Below, one piece after another: positions 54,363 through 57,201 of a stretch of 57,201 nucleotides of DNA. Location: IMG/VR virus record IMGVR_UViG_3300021373_000198, positions 1 to 57,201 of that record; one strand, given 5' to 3'. Both the position numbers and the translations under genes were made by a program. This DNA comes from a virus (taxonomy: Duplodnaviria > Caudoviricetes). Numbering within the stretch: the stretch's first letter is position 1; every line of letters starts with the position of its first letter. Under the pieces are notes generated by a model. It was not told where the DNA came from and searched no databases. It worked only from the letters and a program-made list of their open reading frames with translations.

Positions 54363-57200
54363 TTATGCCTGTGCTTCGGACCAGCGAACGTTGATCGTTG
54401 CATTAATTGGATTACCAGAAGTTAGGTATGCGTTGATCGCTAGTACGTCTGGACCGTTGGGGAATGTACCTCTACCACCGATTGGGGTGTTGGTAAGTTC
54501 CTTCAGTTCGGAAAGATCGATGGCGTCTCTGTTGCCAGGAGATGCTGTGAATGCAAATACCTGCTCCCCAGGAATTGCAGCACCAGTCAGTGGTTCGAAT
54601 GTATATGTTGTTGTGCCTGCGTTACCTGCTCTAGTTCTGTCGGAGAACTGAATCCATGTTGTACTGCTGTTTCTTCTGAAGATGTTAACAACCGTAGTAC
54701 CTCCTCTCAAGTCACCACCAGTAACAGACCAACCAATCTGTACACCACCGATGTCTGATGTATTGAAGAAGACATAGTTAGAAGAGTAGTTCTGGGTTCC
54801 AGCGTTAGCAGCACTAATAGGAGCAGTACCGCCGATGAATGTAATATCACCACCAGATGCAATCTGCGCGAATGATGGTTGTCCACCTGCACCGCCCGTA
54901 TTCAAACCTGCCCAGGTAACGTCATTTGGATTAGTTGGGTAGTTCTTGGGATTTAGAACACCCTCAATAATAACACCTTGAGAGGACGTTCCACCTTGGG
55001 TGGTAATCTCAAGATTCTTGAGAAGAAGCTGTGCTCTGTTGATCAATTCTCTTTCACCGAGATCTCCTGTGATAGCATTAGATACGCTAGGTGATAGTCT
55101 GATCAAGAATAGAGTGGTCTTTGTAGTTGTGATTTCAATTTCTTTTTCTTGGTAGTTAAAGAGGTAACCACGGTCTTCATCAAATCCACCATCAGTTAGG
55201 AATGCAGAACCCCAGTGATTAATTTGTGGAGTTGCAGTATTTGTCAGTAGAATAACACCAGTGTTTACAGTGTGGTCTGCAGCTGCGCCTGCTGTGTAAG
55301 ATCTTTGAGATCCAGCAGCAAAGTTTGTAAATGTTGCTGCTCTAGTCAATCCTGATAATGTGCTATTTTGCTTACTGGTGTATCTAATAATTTCATTGTT
55401 GATTAAAAGAGTTCCACTGTTGGGGAACAATTCTGATCCAGTAGATTGTAACTGCAAACTATCAGTTTCTGTGGATGTTAATAACGTATTGAGTCTTCCT
55501 CTAGCACCTTCATTGATGACCTCATAACGAACAGGGAGGTTACCAGAACGCATAAATGCTTCGTTGTTTCTGTTGTTATTTTTCAGTCTATGTAAGAAGA
55601 TAAAGTTACCAGAAGGACCACGTAGCATCCAGTCAATAAATCCAGCACCATACCATGTATACTGGAATCCGATCATCTGCATTCTGTTGATCTCGATGTT
55701 GTAACCAGACTTACCAGTTCCATCACATTTGTCAATGTTCCATCTATCTTGTGGAATAATAATTTCTTTAGTCAATGCGGCTTTAACATTAACTGCGGGT
55801 GAGACACCTCTAAAGTCTGGATTTACAAAGAGTCTAGTATCGTTATCAATTTTTGTAATAACATGAGACATTCCACGGATAACTAATCTTTGACCAACAG
55901 ATAACTGCTCTGTAAATTTGGTGTTATTACCAAGAACCGTGTTTAAGTTTGGTTGACATGTCACCGTTCCTGCAATTTGGAATGTAGAAGATCTCAATCC
56001 AACTGCAAGGTTTGTTCCATCATACTGGAAGAAAATACCATTCTGATCATCAAATGCACCAGCACGAACAGTAGCACCTTTCCATCTATAGAGAGCTACT
56101 GATGGCTGATCTCCAAATGCTGCTTGTGTGAGTGCTAAAGGTTGTTGTGCAATAACAGTAAAAGTAATTTCATCTACAATAGATGCAACCGTATAATGAT
56201 CATTATATCCAGGAGTGTTCAATCCTAGTAGTTGAACTTCTGCACCTACTTGAAGACCGTGATTGAGGTCATCAGTAACAACAGTAATAATACTGCCAAC
56301 CGCAGTTCCATCAGAGGTTACAGATCTCAAGTCATATGATGGTGCAAATAGAGCACCAGTGGTATACATGATACCTTTACCAGATTGATATCTGATGTAC
56401 TTTTTAGATTGACGAACAGACTGTGCGCCATGTGCAGGAGAACCTGTTCCTAACTGCACACCACCATCAAAAGGTCTGTGAGTATAGAAGCAGTCTGTTC
56501 TTGGGTATACTCTACCTGTTATTCCTGTGGAAACAGTTCCAGTAGATCTAACGACGTATGCGAGTTGATTGAGAGCGGGAACTTCGTCTACAAAGAAAGG
56601 TCCAGATGCCAAATCATGACCAGATCCATTAGAAGTAATCGCGCAAAGAATAGTATCGCCAGGAACTAGACCGTGGTTTGATTGGAATTCAACAAGAATT
56701 TTTGCAATAGCGGCATATGTAACATTGGTTCCATTTCCGATTACGTTAGACGTAGCAGAACTCAAAGAAATTGCTGGGAAGAATGCAATCGAATCACCAG
56801 AGACTGGAGTACCAGCAGCACTAATTTCTGTAATAGCTCCAGTATCACTTACATCAGTGACTGTAATTACAAGGTCATTTGTTGGTGAAACGCCACCAAG
56901 AGACACTCCAGGAATATTGAATTGATAACCAATTTTATATCCTTCTCCAGCTGCACTAATTTCTGGTTGATATGAAGAGCTGATAATTCTTGGTAAGAAT
57001 AGAGCGTTAAATGCAGTTGGGTTTGCTACGTAATTAATGTAAATTTGGTTACCATCCCAAGGAGTTCCCGAAGTTGTAATTCCTGTGATGCCACCAGAAG
57101 CGTTAACTGTCTGCACTGTAATGGTTAAGTCATTTACGGTATCAGTACCGCCAAGTTGAGATCCTAGAATTGTAATTGTGTCTAGGTTTGCATATCCAGA
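54363..57200 (-). CDS. Large virion structural / fibre-like protein, 5'-partial
   Basis: The frame stays open upstream of 57116 to the window edge. Gly/Thr/Ser-rich, repeated GY...LGG...NDLxITV units, HGL repeats, RQSKKYIRYQSGKG, WYGAG. Confidence 0.8.
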   Translation of the reverse strand, partial: SGYANLDTITILGSQLGGTDTVNDLTITVQTVNASGGITGITTSGTPWDGNQIYINYVANPTAFNALFLPRIISSSYQPEISAAGEGYKIGYQFNIPGVSLGGVSPTNDLVITVTDVSDTGAITEISAAGTPVSGDSIAFFPAISLSSATSNVIGNGTNVTYAAIAKILVEFQSNHGLVPGDTILCAITSNGSGHDLASGPFFVDEVPALNQLAYVVRSTGTVSTGITGRVYPRTDCFYTHRPFDGGVQLGTGSPAHGAQSVRQSKKYIRYQSGKGIMYTTGALFAPSYDLRSVTSDGTAVGSIITVVTDDLNHGLQVGAEVQLLGLNTPGYNDHYTVASIVDEITFTVIAQQPLALTQAAFGDQPSVALYRWKGATVRAGAFDDQNGIFFQYDGTNLAVGLRSSTFQIAGTVTCQPNLNTVLGNNTKFTEQLSVGQRLVIRGMSHVITKIDNDTRLFVNPDFRGVSPAVNVKAALTKEIIIPQDRWNIDKCDGTGKSGYNIEINRMQMIGFQYTWYGAGFIDWMLRGPSGNFIFLHRLKNNNRNNEAFMRSGNLPVRYEVINEGARGRLNTLLTSTETDSLQLQSTGSELFPNSGTLLINNEIIRYTSKQNSTLSGLTRAATFTNFAAGSQRSYTAGAAADHTVNTGVILLTNTATPQINHWGSAFLTDGGFDEDRGYLFNYQEKEIEITTTKTTLFLIRLSPSVSNAITGDLGERELINRAQLLLKNLEITTQGGTSSQGVIIEGVLNPKNYPTNPNDVTWAGLNTGGAGGQPSFAQIASGGDITFIGGTAPISAANAGTQNYSSNYVFFNTSDIGGVQIGWSVTGGDLRGGTTVVNIFRRNSSTTWIQFSDRTRAGNAGTTTYTFEPLTGAAIPGEQVFAFTASPGNRDAIDLSELKELTNTPIGGRGTFPNGPDVLAINAYLTSGNPINATINVRWSEAQA

Positions 57201-57201
57201 A

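Noticed and set aside
1-57201. CRISPR arrays, IS elements, integrase, recoded stop codons
   Set aside because: No repeat-spacer pattern or transposase/integrase motifs seen by eye; core genes translate fully with the standard code.

Overview
This window is a 57-kb core segment of a T4-like cyanomyovirus (Kyanoviridae-type); the host is inferred to be a marine picocyanobacterium. Essentially every real gene is on the minus strand. In transcription order (high to low coordinates) it contains: (1) a partial large virion/fibre protein, neck and terminase genes g13-g16; (2) the variable g16-g17 island with petE, gnd, a 42-aa ndhP homologue missed by the ORF track, zwf, an SNase-type nuclease and many small membrane proteins; (3) the g17-g23 and g3 morphogenesis block; (4) uvsY, uvsW, g55, g47, g46, a metallopeptidase-VWA plus CobS-like AAA+ pair, g45, g44, dam, g62, regA, hsp20, g43, uvsX, g41 and mazG; (5) tRNA-Ser(UGA); (6) a late block of poorly characterised genes; (7) g61, nrdA and nrdB. 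The most interesting signals are five. A hairpin-gated late operon carries a PD-(D/E)xK-like protein, an RNA-ligase-like KxDG nucleotidyltransferase, a HIGH-type nucleotidyltransferase and a small protein with a capsid-targeting-like N-terminus. A dnaX-style -1 frameshift signal would fuse two probable internal head proteins. A ROSE-like RNA thermometer precedes hsp20. A candidate late two-hairpin sRNA follows hsp20. The phage also carries ndhP. All family calls come from motif recognition by eye, not from database searches.
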